A stretch of 64,000 nucleotides of DNA from Candidatus Multivorans sp. (lineage in GTDB: Bacteria; Acidobacteriota; Thermoanaerobaculia; Multivoradales; Multivoraceae). Position numbers and translations under genes: made by a program. Under the pieces are notes generated by a model that saw only the letters and a list, made by a program, of their open reading frames with translations, was not told the DNA's origin and ran no database searches. Positions 49,490 through 58,429 of the stretch are shown in pieces. The stretch spans positions 3,115 through 67,114 of the forward strand of contig CBDBDB010000002.1 of assembly GCA_965203495.1 (NCBI GenBank), read 5' to 3'. Within the stretch, counting starts at the first letter, position 1. Every line of letters starts with the position of its first letter.

Positions 49490-49720
49490 ATGCGCACTAC
49501 CGTGAACCTGGACGACGACGTCCTCCGGGCCGCCAGGGAGCTCGCCGCGCTGCGGAGGGTCTCCATGGGCCAGGTCCTCTCGGAACTGGCCAGGAAGGGG
49601 CTGAAGCCAAGGGCCAACCGAATCGCGACGAGAAACGGCGTACCGCTCCTGCCGCCGCGCGACCATGCCCGGCCGGTCTCGCTCGCCGCGGTCAACGCCC
49701 TTCGAGACGACGAACCCTGA
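49490..49720 (+). CDS. vapB: RHH-type antitoxin (VapB-like)
   Basis: MRTTVNLDDDVLRAARELA...SMGQVLSELARKGL...RNGVPLLP. Confidence 0.88.
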   Translation: MRTTVNLDDDVLRAARELAALRRVSMGQVLSELARKGLKPRANRIATRNGVPLLPPRDHARPVSLAAVNALRDDEP

Positions 49721-50151
49721 CCGCGCTACTCGACGTCAACGTGCTGATCGCGCTCTTCGACAGAGAGCACATCCACCACGAGACAGCCCATGACTGGTTC
49801 GGGAGCGCCGCACGCGGCCCTTGGGCGACTTGTCCGCTGACCGAGAACGGTTTCGTTCGGATCGTCGCGAACCCCAGGTATCCCGGACGCCGGACCACCG
49901 TGGCCGACGCCGCCGAACGCCTGCGGCGCTTCTGCACGTCCGACGATCACGTCTTCTGGTTTGACTCGCTGTCGCTGCGCAAACGGGAGCACCTCATCGC
50001 CGCTTCGCTTCGCGGCTTCCGCCAGATCACGGACGCCCACCTCCTGGCTCTGGCCGTCCACAACGACGGCGTCCTGACCACGTTCGACGACTCGATTCCC
50101 ATCTCGGCGGCGCCGGGAGCGGACGACAACCGAATCGTCCGACTCGCATAG
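49717..50151 (+). CDS. vapC: PIN-domain toxin (VapC family), CTG start
   Basis: (M)TALLDVNVLIAL, TCPLTENGFVRI, QITDAHLLALA, TTFD. Confidence 0.9.
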   Translation: MTALLDVNVLIALFDREHIHHETAHDWFGSAARGPWATCPLTENGFVRIVANPRYPGRRTTVADAAERLRRFCTSDDHVFWFDSLSLRKREHLIAASLRGFRQITDAHLLALAVHNDGVLTTFDDSIPISAAPGADDNRIVRLA

Positions 50152-50195
50152 AGCCGCCAGGTCCGGCCCCGGCGAAGCATGAGGGCCGACCCCGG

Positions 50196-51083
50196 CTACA
50201 GCGTGGCGTGGCCCGCCACCAGCGTGGTCCAGATCAAGGGCAGCACGACCAGCGAACCCAGAAAGAGGATCCGCGCGCGTACGGGGCCGCGGTCGAGGAC
50301 GAAGCGAACGGCGAGCAGAGAGAAGGCGCCGCCGAGACACGCCGAGGCGATGGCGAAGGCCGGAGGAGTCAGGCCGACCGCCGACGCGGGAAGACACAGG
50401 ACGGCGAGCAGGAGAGACCAGAGAAGAGAGTGCGTTGCCGTCCGTCCGCCGTCCGGATCCGTTGCGGCCAACACCTTGAACCCCGCCCTGGCGTAGTCGT
50501 CGCGGTGGAGCCAGGCCAAGGAGTGGAAGTGCGGAATCTGCCAGGCGAAGACGATGCCGAAGAGAAGCCACGCCTCGACCGTCACGGCCCCGGTCGCGGC
50601 GGCCCAGCCGATGACCGGCGGCAGGGCGCCCGGAACCGCGCCAACGAGGACGGCCGCCGATGTTCGGCGCTTGAGCGGCGTGTAGATCCAGGCGTAGCTG
50701 ACGAGGGTCGCCAGGGCCACGACCGCGGAGAGCGGGTTGGCGCCAAGAGCAAGGACGACGAGGCCCGTGACGCTCAAGACGGCGGCAAAGAGGGAACCTG
50801 CCGCCGGCGACACGTCTCCCAGGGGCATTGGCCGGGACCGGGTACGGGCCATCAGGGCGTCGAGGTCGCGCTCCGCGACCTGGTTGAACGCGGCGCCCCC
50901 CGCGGCGACGAGACCGGCGCCGACCAGCACGGAGAGCAGGACTCCCAGGTCGAGCGCGCCGGCGCCGAGGTAGTAGCCGATGCCCACCGTGCCAACGGCC
51001 AGGGCATTGAGCCGCGGCTTGGCCAGTGCCAGCCACGGGGCCGTGCGGCTGGGCCGGGCCGCTTCGGAGGCAATCAGCGTCAC
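50196..51083 (-). CDS. cyoE: Protoheme IX farnesyltransferase (heme O synthase)
   Basis: LAKPRL, NQVAERDLDALMARTRSRP, YTPLKR, GAVPGALPPVIGW, WQIPHF. GTGA overlap with the upstream gene. Confidence 0.93.
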   Translation of the reverse strand: MTLIASEAARPSRTAPWLALAKPRLNALAVGTVGIGYYLGAGALDLGVLLSVLVGAGLVAAGGAAFNQVAERDLDALMARTRSRPMPLGDVSPAAGSLFAAVLSVTGLVVLALGANPLSAVVALATLVSYAWIYTPLKRRTSAAVLVGAVPGALPPVIGWAAATGAVTVEAWLLFGIVFAWQIPHFHSLAWLHRDDYARAGFKVLAATDPDGGRTATHSLLWSLLLAVLCLPASAVGLTPPAFAIASACLGGAFSLLAVRFVLDRGPVRARILFLGSLVVLPLIWTTLVAGHATL

Positions 51084-52063
51084 GCCGGGACCCGTCCGGG
51101 GCCGCCGCTGACGCTCGGGGCGAAGCGGGCCGAACGGATCGCCGAAGCGTCGCCGAACCAGGCGCGGTGCACCCGCAGCGCGAGCGCCACCGAAACGACC
51201 CACAGCAGACCGCCGGTCGCCACGTGCGCCGTGTTGACGTGCGGCTGCAGGCCGCTCCAGACGGTCCAGGCGCCGAGACCGATCTGAGTCAGCAGCACGG
51301 CGCCCAGAAGCAGCGCCGGGCGGACGAGTTCCGGCCGGTGGCGATGAAGCCGGAGAACCCGCGCGATCAGGGCCGCGGCCGCGACGGCCACCGCGAGAGC
51401 GCCCAGTCGATGCGCGAAGTGAAGCGAGATGCCCGGATTCCACTCGGGCGGGAACAGCCGACCGAAGGCCAGCGGGAAGTCCGGGATGGCGAGCCCGGCG
51501 TCGTTGTGACGCATCGTCGCGCCGAAGAGAATCTGGACGTACACGAGAACCGGAACGGCCAGCGCCAGTCGGGCCAGCAGCGGGTCGGCCAGCGGTACCG
51601 AGCGTCCGAAGCCGGCGCGCCAGCCCGGCGACGTGAAGACGCCCAGGCTCACGACGAGGGCGAAGAAGAGCTGGGCCAGACCGGCATGGCTGATCGAGAT
51701 CGGTTTCGGCAGCAGGTAGATCACCGTGATGCCGCCGAGCAGTCCCTGCGCAACGACCGCGGCGAGCGCCGACCAGGCCAGCCGACGCACCCAGGCGCGG
51801 GTCTCGACGCGCGCGGCCCACACGGCCAGACCGATCGTCATCAGACCGACGACGCTCGCGATCAGACGGTGACCGTGCTCGTAGAGGATGCCGCCCACCA
51901 TCTTCGAGAACGGGAAGGAGAACATGAAGTAGCCGTACGTGTTCGGCCAGTCGGGAACCGCGAGTCCCGAGTCGGTGCTCGTGACCAGACCGCCGGCCGC
52001 GATCAGCAGCAGGGACGCCGCGGCCAGCAGCCGGAGGTAGTAGTGCAGCCAGCGCACAACCAA
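51080..52063 (-). CDS. ctaA: Heme A synthase (COX15/CtaA family)
   Basis: GGLVTSTDSGLAVPDWP, EHGHRL, LLGGITV, HAGLAQ, HFAHR, HVATG. Confidence 0.9.
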   Translation of the reverse strand: MVVRWLHYYLRLLAAASLLLIAAGGLVTSTDSGLAVPDWPNTYGYFMFSFPFSKMVGGILYEHGHRLIASVVGLMTIGLAVWAARVETRAWVRRLAWSALAAVVAQGLLGGITVIYLLPKPISISHAGLAQLFFALVVSLGVFTSPGWRAGFGRSVPLADPLLARLALAVPVLVYVQILFGATMRHNDAGLAIPDFPLAFGRLFPPEWNPGISLHFAHRLGALAVAVAAAALIARVLRLHRHRPELVRPALLLGAVLLTQIGLGAWTVWSGLQPHVNTAHVATGGLLWVVSVALALRVHRAWFGDASAIRSARFAPSVSGGPGRVPA

Positions 52064-52147
52064 CCCACTCTATCCCCGCCGGTCGGACCCTTCCAGGCCC
52101 TTCCGGCCGGCCGCGAAGCCTCGGGCCGGGCCGCCTCGGCCGACGAT

Positions 52148-52315
52148 CTTGACAGCCCGTGGCGAAAGTCGCGCTGCATTCGAGCGGCCATGCATCCCGC
52201 CCGGCATCGTTGCTCCTCGGTCGAAGTTGGCCCGAACTGCTCCCTCGTCGCGCCTTGCCGGGCGGGCGCCTGACCACTCTCGGCGCCACGCGCACTTCCA
52301 CCACGGACTGTCAAG
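52148..52315 (-). ncRNA. Putative structured RNA or palindromic element (168 nt, unassigned)
   Basis: Nested inverted repeats: a 22-bp outer stem, a 10-bp middle stem and a perfect 11-bp inner stem. All non-Watson-Crick pairs in the stems are G-U on the minus strand. Confidence 0.5.
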
Positions 52316-52335
52316 GCGGCGCGGGTCATCGATCT

Positions 52336-52361
52336 CGGCGGCGGTCCCGCAGCCGCCGCCG
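52336..52361. terminator. Hairpin downstream of map
   Basis: CGGCGGCGG-TCCCGCAG-CCGCCGCCG, about 25 nt past the map stop. No U-tract. Confidence 0.4.
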
Positions 52362-52384
52362 CTCGTTCATCCCGGCATCGCCCG

Positions 52385-53131
52385 CTACGGCAGCGTCATC
52401 ACCAGAGGCTTCCCGCGCGTGACGACGATCGTGTGCTCGAACTGGATCGTCGTCGTTCCGGGCTTGTTGAGCAGCGTCCAGCCGTCCCTGGCGGTCTTCG
52501 CCTGTTCGCGGCCATCCGTCAGAAAGGGCTCGATCGTCAGCGCCATGCCGTCATGCAGGAACCGGTCGTCAGCCGGATCGTCGAACCCGGGCACGAACTT
52601 GGGATCCTCGTGAAGCGAGCGGCCGATGCCGTGCGAGCCCAGGTTGCGAATCAGGCCGAAGCCGGCCCGGCTTGCCGTCTCCTCGATCGCGCGGCCGATG
52701 CCGCGCAGGCGGCGGCCGTGGCGAGCCTGTCGCATCGCGGAGCGCAGCGCGCGCCGGGTGGCCGAGATCATGCGCCGCCGCACTTCGTTCACCGGCGGCA
52801 CCGCGTACGCCGCGCCGGTGTCGCTGAAGTAGCCGTCGAGTTCGAGGGACACGTCGATGTGGACCAGGTCGCCAGCTTCGATCCGCCGCCCGCCCGCGAT
52901 GCCGTGTGCGACTTCCTCGTTGACGCTGATGCAGGTGGCCGCTGGGAAGTCGTAGCACAACTCGGGCGCCGAACGCGCGCCGCGAGCTTCCATGTACTCG
53001 CGGCCGATCAGGTCGAGCTCGGCGGTAGTCATGCCCGGCACGAGAGCCGCGCCCATCCGCGCCAGACACCGGGCCGCCACCCGACCCGCCCGACGCAGCC
53101 CGTCCAGGTCCTCGCGGCCATCGATCGTCAT
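52385..53131 (-). CDS. map: Type I methionine aminopeptidase
   Basis: CISVNEEVAHGI, DVSLELDGYFSDTG, SHGIGRSLHEDP, TIEPFL, QFEHTIVV. Confidence 0.95.
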   Translation of the reverse strand: MTIDGREDLDGLRRAGRVAARCLARMGAALVPGMTTAELDLIGREYMEARGARSAPELCYDFPAATCISVNEEVAHGIAGGRRIEAGDLVHIDVSLELDGYFSDTGAAYAVPPVNEVRRRMISATRRALRSAMRQARHGRRLRGIGRAIEETASRAGFGLIRNLGSHGIGRSLHEDPKFVPGFDDPADDRFLHDGMALTIEPFLTDGREQAKTARDGWTLLNKPGTTTIQFEHTIVVTRGKPLVMTLP

Positions 53132-53907
53132 GGTCCGTCAGGCAGCACGAGGATGCGCAGGTTGCGGAACCGGATCTCGTCGCCGTGGTCCTGAAGCGCG
53201 ATGTGACCGGTCTCCATCATCCCGTAGTCGGGCATGGAGGCGAACTTGCTGGCCGCGACGAGTTCCTTCCACTCGTCGTCCTGGAGCGTGTACTCCAGTG
53301 CCTTCTCGCCGTTCAGCCAGTGCGTGACCGCGGCGCCATCGACGCGCAGCGCACTCGCGTTGAACTCGCCCACGGGCGCCAGTTCGCCGCCCCGCCGAGC
53401 GTGAAGGGCATAGTTCGAGGCCGCCGAGGTTTCCATCCGCTGACCGTCCCGGTGCCCGCCATCGTCCAGGATCTGGTACTCGGGGCCCGTCGCCCAGGAG
53501 GCCGGGGCGTCCTCGGAGACGTGGAACATCACGCCGCTGTTTCCCCCCGGCGTCACCGCCCACTCGAAACGGAACTCGAAGTTCCGGTACTGCTCCCGAG
53601 TCAGCAGGTCGGCTCGCGGACCGGCGTCGTCGTCGGTGGGCGGCAGAAAGCGGACTGCGCCGTCGGCCGCCGACCAGCCCGCCGGAACCTGATCCAGTCT
53701 GAAGCCGCGCCAGCGGTCCAGCGACTCGCCGTCGAAGAGCGACTGGAATCCCGCCTCCGCCTCCTCGGCGTCGAGCCCGGCCGCGGCCGGGGCGACCGCG
53801 ACCTCTTCGGTTTCGGCCTCATCCGGGGCGCCTACCCGAATCTCGACGCAGGCAAGCGCTCCGCTCGCCAGCAGCACTGCAACGACAACCGTCAACACCG
53901 TCTTCAT
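53128..53907 (-). CDS. DUF1080 (3-keto-disaccharide hydrolase-like) lipoprotein
   Basis: Lipobox ALAC, SLFDGESL, GGNSGVMF, EYQILDD, HWLNG, GHIALQDHG..IRFRNLRI. Confidence 0.9.
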   Translation of the reverse strand: MKTVLTVVVAVLLASGALACVEIRVGAPDEAETEEVAVAPAAAGLDAEEAEAGFQSLFDGESLDRWRGFRLDQVPAGWSAADGAVRFLPPTDDDAGPRADLLTREQYRNFEFRFEWAVTPGGNSGVMFHVSEDAPASWATGPEYQILDDGGHRDGQRMETSAASNYALHARRGGELAPVGEFNASALRVDGAAVTHWLNGEKALEYTLQDDEWKELVAASKFASMPDYGMMETGHIALQDHGDEIRFRNLRILVLPDGP

Positions 53908-53919
53908 CCGTTCATCCTC

Positions 53920-55935
53920 CTACTGTCCATAGCGAATCCCTATTCTTGCGGACGGTTCGGGGCCCGGGAAGCCAACCTGCGTCTCGTACGACTCATCGAG
54001 AACATTGTCGGCGCGCAGGCTGATCCGCCACCGGTCCGCGGCTCGCCAGGCGACCGACAGGCCGACCAGATTCCGGGCGGCGACCGACGTCCGGTACGGC
54101 ACGGGTATCTGCTCGTCGAGATAGGCGCCGGCGTGCCGCGCCTCGATGCCGAGCCGGACCGACTCGCTCAGGTCGAGCCGCAAGCCGACGCCGCCGTGGA
54201 GGTTCGGCCGGCGGCGGAGCGTCCGTCCGGTAGCCAGATCCTCGGTGTCCTGCGAGGTGAGGCGAAGATCGATCCCGACGCGCTCCGAGGGATTCCAGAC
54301 GAGAAACGCCTCCACGCCTTCGGCCTCCACGTTGCTCCGGTTCACGATCCGGAAGGCGTCGAAGTCGAAGTCGATCAGGTTCTCGAACCGGTTCGAGAAC
54401 AGGGTGACGCCGCCCCTGATCGAACCGCCTCGTTCCGACGCCGACCGCGTCCGGAACTCGACCCCCAGATCCGCCCCGGCGCTCGTCTCCGGCCGCAGGT
54501 CCGGGTTGCCGCCGATCGCTCGAGGAGTCGCCAGCGCGTGGAGACTCGGCAGCTTGAACGCCTCGCCCGCGGACGCCCGCACGGACCAGGCGCCGCCCTC
54601 GGCCGTGTAGCGGACGCCAACGCGTGGGCTCACCTCCTCGGTCCCTCCCCCGAGCGCCCCCGGGCCGTCGAAGACGTCGGCCCGCGCGCCGAGTTCGGCG
54701 ACGAAACCGCCGCGGCGCCAACGCCATTCGGCGAACGCTCCGGCACGCTCCCGCCTGATCAGATAGTCGCCGGCGAGCGGGCCGCCGAGCCCGGGAGGCA
54801 GCAGAAGAAGACTCCGGTTGCGGCCCTCCTCCGCGAGACCTTCGACGCCTAGGCTGATGTCGCGCGGCGCGCCGCCGACCGGAGCGAAGGCGCCGGTCCA
54901 GGCGACCCGCAGGTCGTTGAACTCCGTGGACTCGGTGGTCGGCGGCACGACGGGAACGATCGGAGGACTGGTCCTGTCGAGGGTGTGTTCGTAGAACGTG
55001 GACCGCAACGTGTGGCGCCATGCCTCCCCGGCGCCGACGTCGAACGTTGCGGCGAGGCCGAGATCGCCGTGGTCGGACTTCCGCAGCTCTCCACTCCCGA
55101 AGACCGGGCCGCCGCCGCCGTCCGCGTAGTCGTCCGTCCGCCAATCGACGAGGCGGCCGGAGAAGCGGAACGCGGAGGCCGCGCCCAGGTTCCGGCCCCA
55201 ACGCGCGCCGAGCGTCCGCTGCTCCAGCGCGTCCTCGCCCACCCGGCCCTGCTCCTCGCGAACCGCGGCGCTGATCGAACCGTGCGACGACTCGCCGGCG
55301 CGTCCCCAGGACAGGCGGCTGCTCAGATGGTCATGCTCTCCGACGTGCGCGCTCCAGCCCAGAAAGGGCGCCTCGTTGCGCGGCGCCGCGGTGATCAGCT
55401 GGACGGCTCCAGCCAGGGAACTCGACCCGTAGAACGAGGACAGCGGGCCGCGGACCACCTCGACGCGCTCGATCTCGTCCGCTCCGACGCTGCCGAGCGG
55501 GAAGGCGCCGCCGTACTGATCGGTGCTGTCCGCCATCGGCACGCCGTCGATCAGGACGAGGGAGAAGTTCGCGTCGCCGCCGCGCAACGAGACGCCCGAG
55601 GGAGCGGCGCCGGAGTCGTTCCCGAGCACCCAGGCGCCGGGCGCCAGCCGCAACGCCTCGGCCGCATCGCGCAACGCAAGGCGCCGCAGATCGTCCGTGT
55701 CGACGATCTGGACCGAGGCGGTCGCGCCCTCCAGCGTCCGAGCCCGTACGGTGGCCGTCTCGTAGAACACCGCCTCCGGCGCCGAGCCGTCCCGATCCCC
55801 CGCGTCCGCCGGGTCCGGCCCCTCATCCTGCGCGGCGAGAGCCGACGCGGCCAGCATCGCGAGCGCCACGCGGGCGACCGCGCGCCGCGCACTCGGGACG
55901 GCCGGAACACTCGACGAGCCGGTCCTGAACACCAC
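53920..55935 (-). CDS. TonB-dependent outer-membrane receptor (BtuB-like size and architecture)
   Basis: Signal peptide, plug RGGDANFSLVLIDGVP, IERVEVVRGPLSSFYGS, NPDLRPETS, DNVLDESYE. The substrate is not determined. Confidence 0.9.
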   Translation of the reverse strand: MVFRTGSSSVPAVPSARRAVARVALAMLAASALAAQDEGPDPADAGDRDGSAPEAVFYETATVRARTLEGATASVQIVDTDDLRRLALRDAAEALRLAPGAWVLGNDSGAAPSGVSLRGGDANFSLVLIDGVPMADSTDQYGGAFPLGSVGADEIERVEVVRGPLSSFYGSSSLAGAVQLITAAPRNEAPFLGWSAHVGEHDHLSSRLSWGRAGESSHGSISAAVREEQGRVGEDALEQRTLGARWGRNLGAASAFRFSGRLVDWRTDDYADGGGGPVFGSGELRKSDHGDLGLAATFDVGAGEAWRHTLRSTFYEHTLDRTSPPIVPVVPPTTESTEFNDLRVAWTGAFAPVGGAPRDISLGVEGLAEEGRNRSLLLLPPGLGGPLAGDYLIRRERAGAFAEWRWRRGGFVAELGARADVFDGPGALGGGTEEVSPRVGVRYTAEGGAWSVRASAGEAFKLPSLHALATPRAIGGNPDLRPETSAGADLGVEFRTRSASERGGSIRGGVTLFSNRFENLIDFDFDAFRIVNRSNVEAEGVEAFLVWNPSERVGIDLRLTSQDTEDLATGRTLRRRPNLHGGVGLRLDLSESVRLGIEARHAGAYLDEQIPVPYRTSVAARNLVGLSVAWRAADRWRISLRADNVLDESYETQVGFPGPEPSARIGIRYGQ

Positions 55936-56206
55936 GGGCGAGGAGCTTAGCCGAGGCGTCCCCGAAGGCCTCGATCTCGCCGTCCTCCAGCAGGCGCCGG
56001 CGGCGCTCGACCTCTACCGACTGGGCACGCGAGGCGTCAGCTCCGACAACCTCGACTCCGGCTTCCCGACCGAGGTCGACGCGGCGGCCCAAGGCAGCAA
56101 CAACCCGGATCGAGCTGTTGCCCGCTCCCAAGGACCAGCGGCGTTCGCAGCCGCGGCGTCGGGCGCTACACTGGCAACCGCCCCCACGAACCAAGAGGAG
56201 TCTCAC

Positions 56207-56611
56207 ATGCATGCAGCCGACCTGAACTGGCTTGCGGTCGTCGTGTCCGCCGTCGCCTTTTTCGCCTTGGGCGCCGTCTGGTACTCCTTCCTCTTCGGCA
56301 AGGCCTGGGCCGCCGAGATGGGCATCGACGTGGAGAACCCGCCGGAATCCAGCATGGTCAGAACGATGGGCGGCGCGTTCGTTCTGGAGTTGATCGCGGC
56401 GATCGCCGTCGGCATGGTCATGACGGACATGGGCGGGGGCTACCTGGTCGGAATCCACGTCGGTCTCCTTCTCGGTCTCGGCATCGCCTCGGTCCTGATG
56501 GGGGTCAATTACCTGTTCGAACAGCGATCGCTCAAGCTGTGGCTGATCAACGCCGGGCACATGACGATCGGCCTCGCCGTCGTCGGCGCGATCCAGGGGG
56601 CCTGGCAGTAG
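56207..56611 (+). CDS. DUF1761 family membrane protein
   Basis: NWLAVVVSAVAFFALGAVWYS.LFGKAW...LWLINAGH; GAGGAG RBS. Confidence 0.85.
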   Translation: MHAADLNWLAVVVSAVAFFALGAVWYSFLFGKAWAAEMGIDVENPPESSMVRTMGGAFVLELIAAIAVGMVMTDMGGGYLVGIHVGLLLGLGIASVLMGVNYLFEQRSLKLWLINAGHMTIGLAVVGAIQGAWQ

Positions 56612-56720
56612 CGGCCACCGGCACGCGGGCCGTTCGTTGAGGCGGTCAATGACCCGCTGATTGTCGGTCTGCCGCCGACGAGAGGCGTCGTCGGGCCGAA
56701 GCAGCGCCGGGACTTCACTC

Positions 56721-57950
56721 ATGGAACTGGTTTGCGGCGCGCACACGCTCGCGCTTGGCGATCGCCCCCTGGTCATGGGCGTCCTCAACGTGACGCCCGA
56801 CAGCTTCTCCGATGGCGGTCTCTTCGACCGCCCGCACAGGGCGATCGAACAGGCGCGACGCATGGCCGGGGAGGGCGCCGACCTGATCGATGTCGGCGCC
56901 GAAAGCACCCGGCCGGGAGCGACGCCGGTCGACCTCGAGGACGAGCTCGAGCGCCTGCTGCCGGTGATCGAGGGGATCGCCCGGCTGGACCTCGGCGCGC
57001 CGCTGAGCGTCGACACGGCCAAGCCGGAAGCCGCCGACAGGGCGCTGGGCGCCGGCGCGGGAATGATCAACGACGTCTCGGGCGCCGGCGAGGCGATGCT
57101 GAAGGTCGCGGCTCGTCACGGCGCGCCGGTCGTCGCGATGCACATGCGCGGCGAACCCCGGACGATGCAGCGCGCGCCACGCTACGACGACGTCGCGGGA
57201 GAGATTCGCGGCTACCTGGCCGGGCGCGTCGCGGCCGGCCGCGGGTTCGGCGTCAAGGTGCTCGTGGACCCGGGCATCGGCTTCGGGAAGACCCTGGAGC
57301 ACAACCTCGACCTGCTGGCGAACCTGCACGAACTGCGCGAACTCGGGGCGCCGATCGTACTCGGCGTGTCCCGCAAGTCCTTCCTCGACCGCCTGCTCGA
57401 CGGCGTGCCGGTCGGGGAGCGGTTGGCCGGAACCCTGGCGGTCAACGGCTGGGCGGCGGCCACGGACGCCGTCGACATCCTGCGGGTCCACGACGTGCGG
57501 GAGCACCGGCAACTGGCGGAGAGCATCGCCGCTCTGCGCCGTCGTCGCCGGGCGGCGCCGCGGCGACGGGTGCTCGCACGCGGCATTCCCTGCCGATGCC
57601 GCATCGGCGTTACGGCGACGGAACGCTCGACGCCCCAGGACCTGGTGGTGGACGTGGAGGTGAACATGGCGGCCGCGGCCCTGGGAGCGCCGGACGGTCT
57701 CGGCGAAACCGCGGACTACGCCCGGATCGCGGAACTCGCCCGGACCGTGGCGGCCGGAGACGAGTATCGACTCGTGGAAACGCTCGCGGAGCGGATCGCG
57801 GTCGCCGTGGCCGACGCCGGCGCAACGCCGGCGGACATCCCGGCGGTTCGCCGACGGATCGAATCGCTGCGAGTCCGCGTCGTCAAGCCGGGGGCGGCCC
57901 GCGAACTCGGCGTCGGCGAAGCCGGGGCGGAGATCGACTGGCGGCCGTGA
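56721..57950 (+). CDS. folP: Dihydropteroate synthase fused to a C-terminal dihydroneopterin aldolase
   Basis: VMGVLNVTPDSFSDGG, DPGIGFGK, GVSRKSF, LRVHDV, then with no stop a FolB-like region (RIGVTATERSTPQDLVVDV, DYARI, LVETLAERIA, VRVVKP). Confidence 0.9.
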   Translation: MELVCGAHTLALGDRPLVMGVLNVTPDSFSDGGLFDRPHRAIEQARRMAGEGADLIDVGAESTRPGATPVDLEDELERLLPVIEGIARLDLGAPLSVDTAKPEAADRALGAGAGMINDVSGAGEAMLKVAARHGAPVVAMHMRGEPRTMQRAPRYDDVAGEIRGYLAGRVAAGRGFGVKVLVDPGIGFGKTLEHNLDLLANLHELRELGAPIVLGVSRKSFLDRLLDGVPVGERLAGTLAVNGWAAATDAVDILRVHDVREHRQLAESIAALRRRRRAAPRRRVLARGIPCRCRIGVTATERSTPQDLVVDVEVNMAAAALGAPDGLGETADYARIAELARTVAAGDEYRLVETLAERIAVAVADAGATPADIPAVRRRIESLRVRVVKPGAARELGVGEAGAEIDWRP

Positions 57951-58429
57951 CCCGCACCCGCGCGTTCATCGCCCTGGGGTCCAACCGGCGGCCGCGGAGC
58001 GCGAATCTGCGCGCGGCGCTTGCCCGCCTGCGCCGGGTCGCGGACGTGAGCGCGGTCTCGCGGTTCCTCCGCACGGATGCCGTGCCCGAGCGCGGCGTCG
58101 CCGCCGGCGATCCCGATTTCCTGAACGCCGCCGCCTCGCTCGAGACCGATCTCGACGCCCACGGTCTGCTGGCCGCCCTGCTCGACATCGAAGCCGCTCT
58201 CGGCCGCGACCGGACCGCCGGCGGCGCCGGTCCCCGGACGATCGATCTCGACCTGCTCCTCTTCGGTTGCCGCATCATCGACGCGGCCGGTCTGGTCGTG
58301 CCGCATCCCCGGTTGCACCGACGCCGCTTCGTCCTCGAACCGCTGATCGAGATCGCCCCGAGCGCGTGGCATCCGGGCCTCCGGAAGACGGCGGCAGAGC
58401 TGCTGGCGGCGTTGCGCCCGGGTCAGTAG
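57947..58429 (+). CDS. folK: 2-amino-4-hydroxy-6-hydroxymethyldihydropteridine diphosphokinase
   Basis: AFIALGSN, DFLNAA, GPRTIDLDLLLF, VPHPRLHRRRFVLEPL. GTGA overlap. Confidence 0.93.
   Translation: MTRTRAFIALGSNRRPRSANLRAALARLRRVADVSAVSRFLRTDAVPERGVAAGDPDFLNAAASLETDLDAHGLLAALLDIEAALGRDRTAGGAGPRTIDLDLLLFGCRIIDAAGLVVPHPRLHRRRFVLEPLIEIAPSAWHPGLRKTAAELLAALRPGQ

Noticed and set aside
52148-52315. Calling the hairpin 6S RNA, SRP RNA, an attC site or paired TTGACA promoters
   Set aside because: No SRP GGAA-loop domain, no clear 6S central bubble, no RYYYAAC/GTTRRRY ends, and no -10 box 17 bp from either TTGACA. It is left unassigned.
55940-56200. Cobalamin riboswitch or an MNT-antitoxin remnant upstream of the TonB-dependent receptor
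   Set aside because: Only a short GGGAAGCCGGAG resemblance to a B12 box, and a weak EELSRG..LDLAVLQQAP similarity. Neither is enough without a model search.
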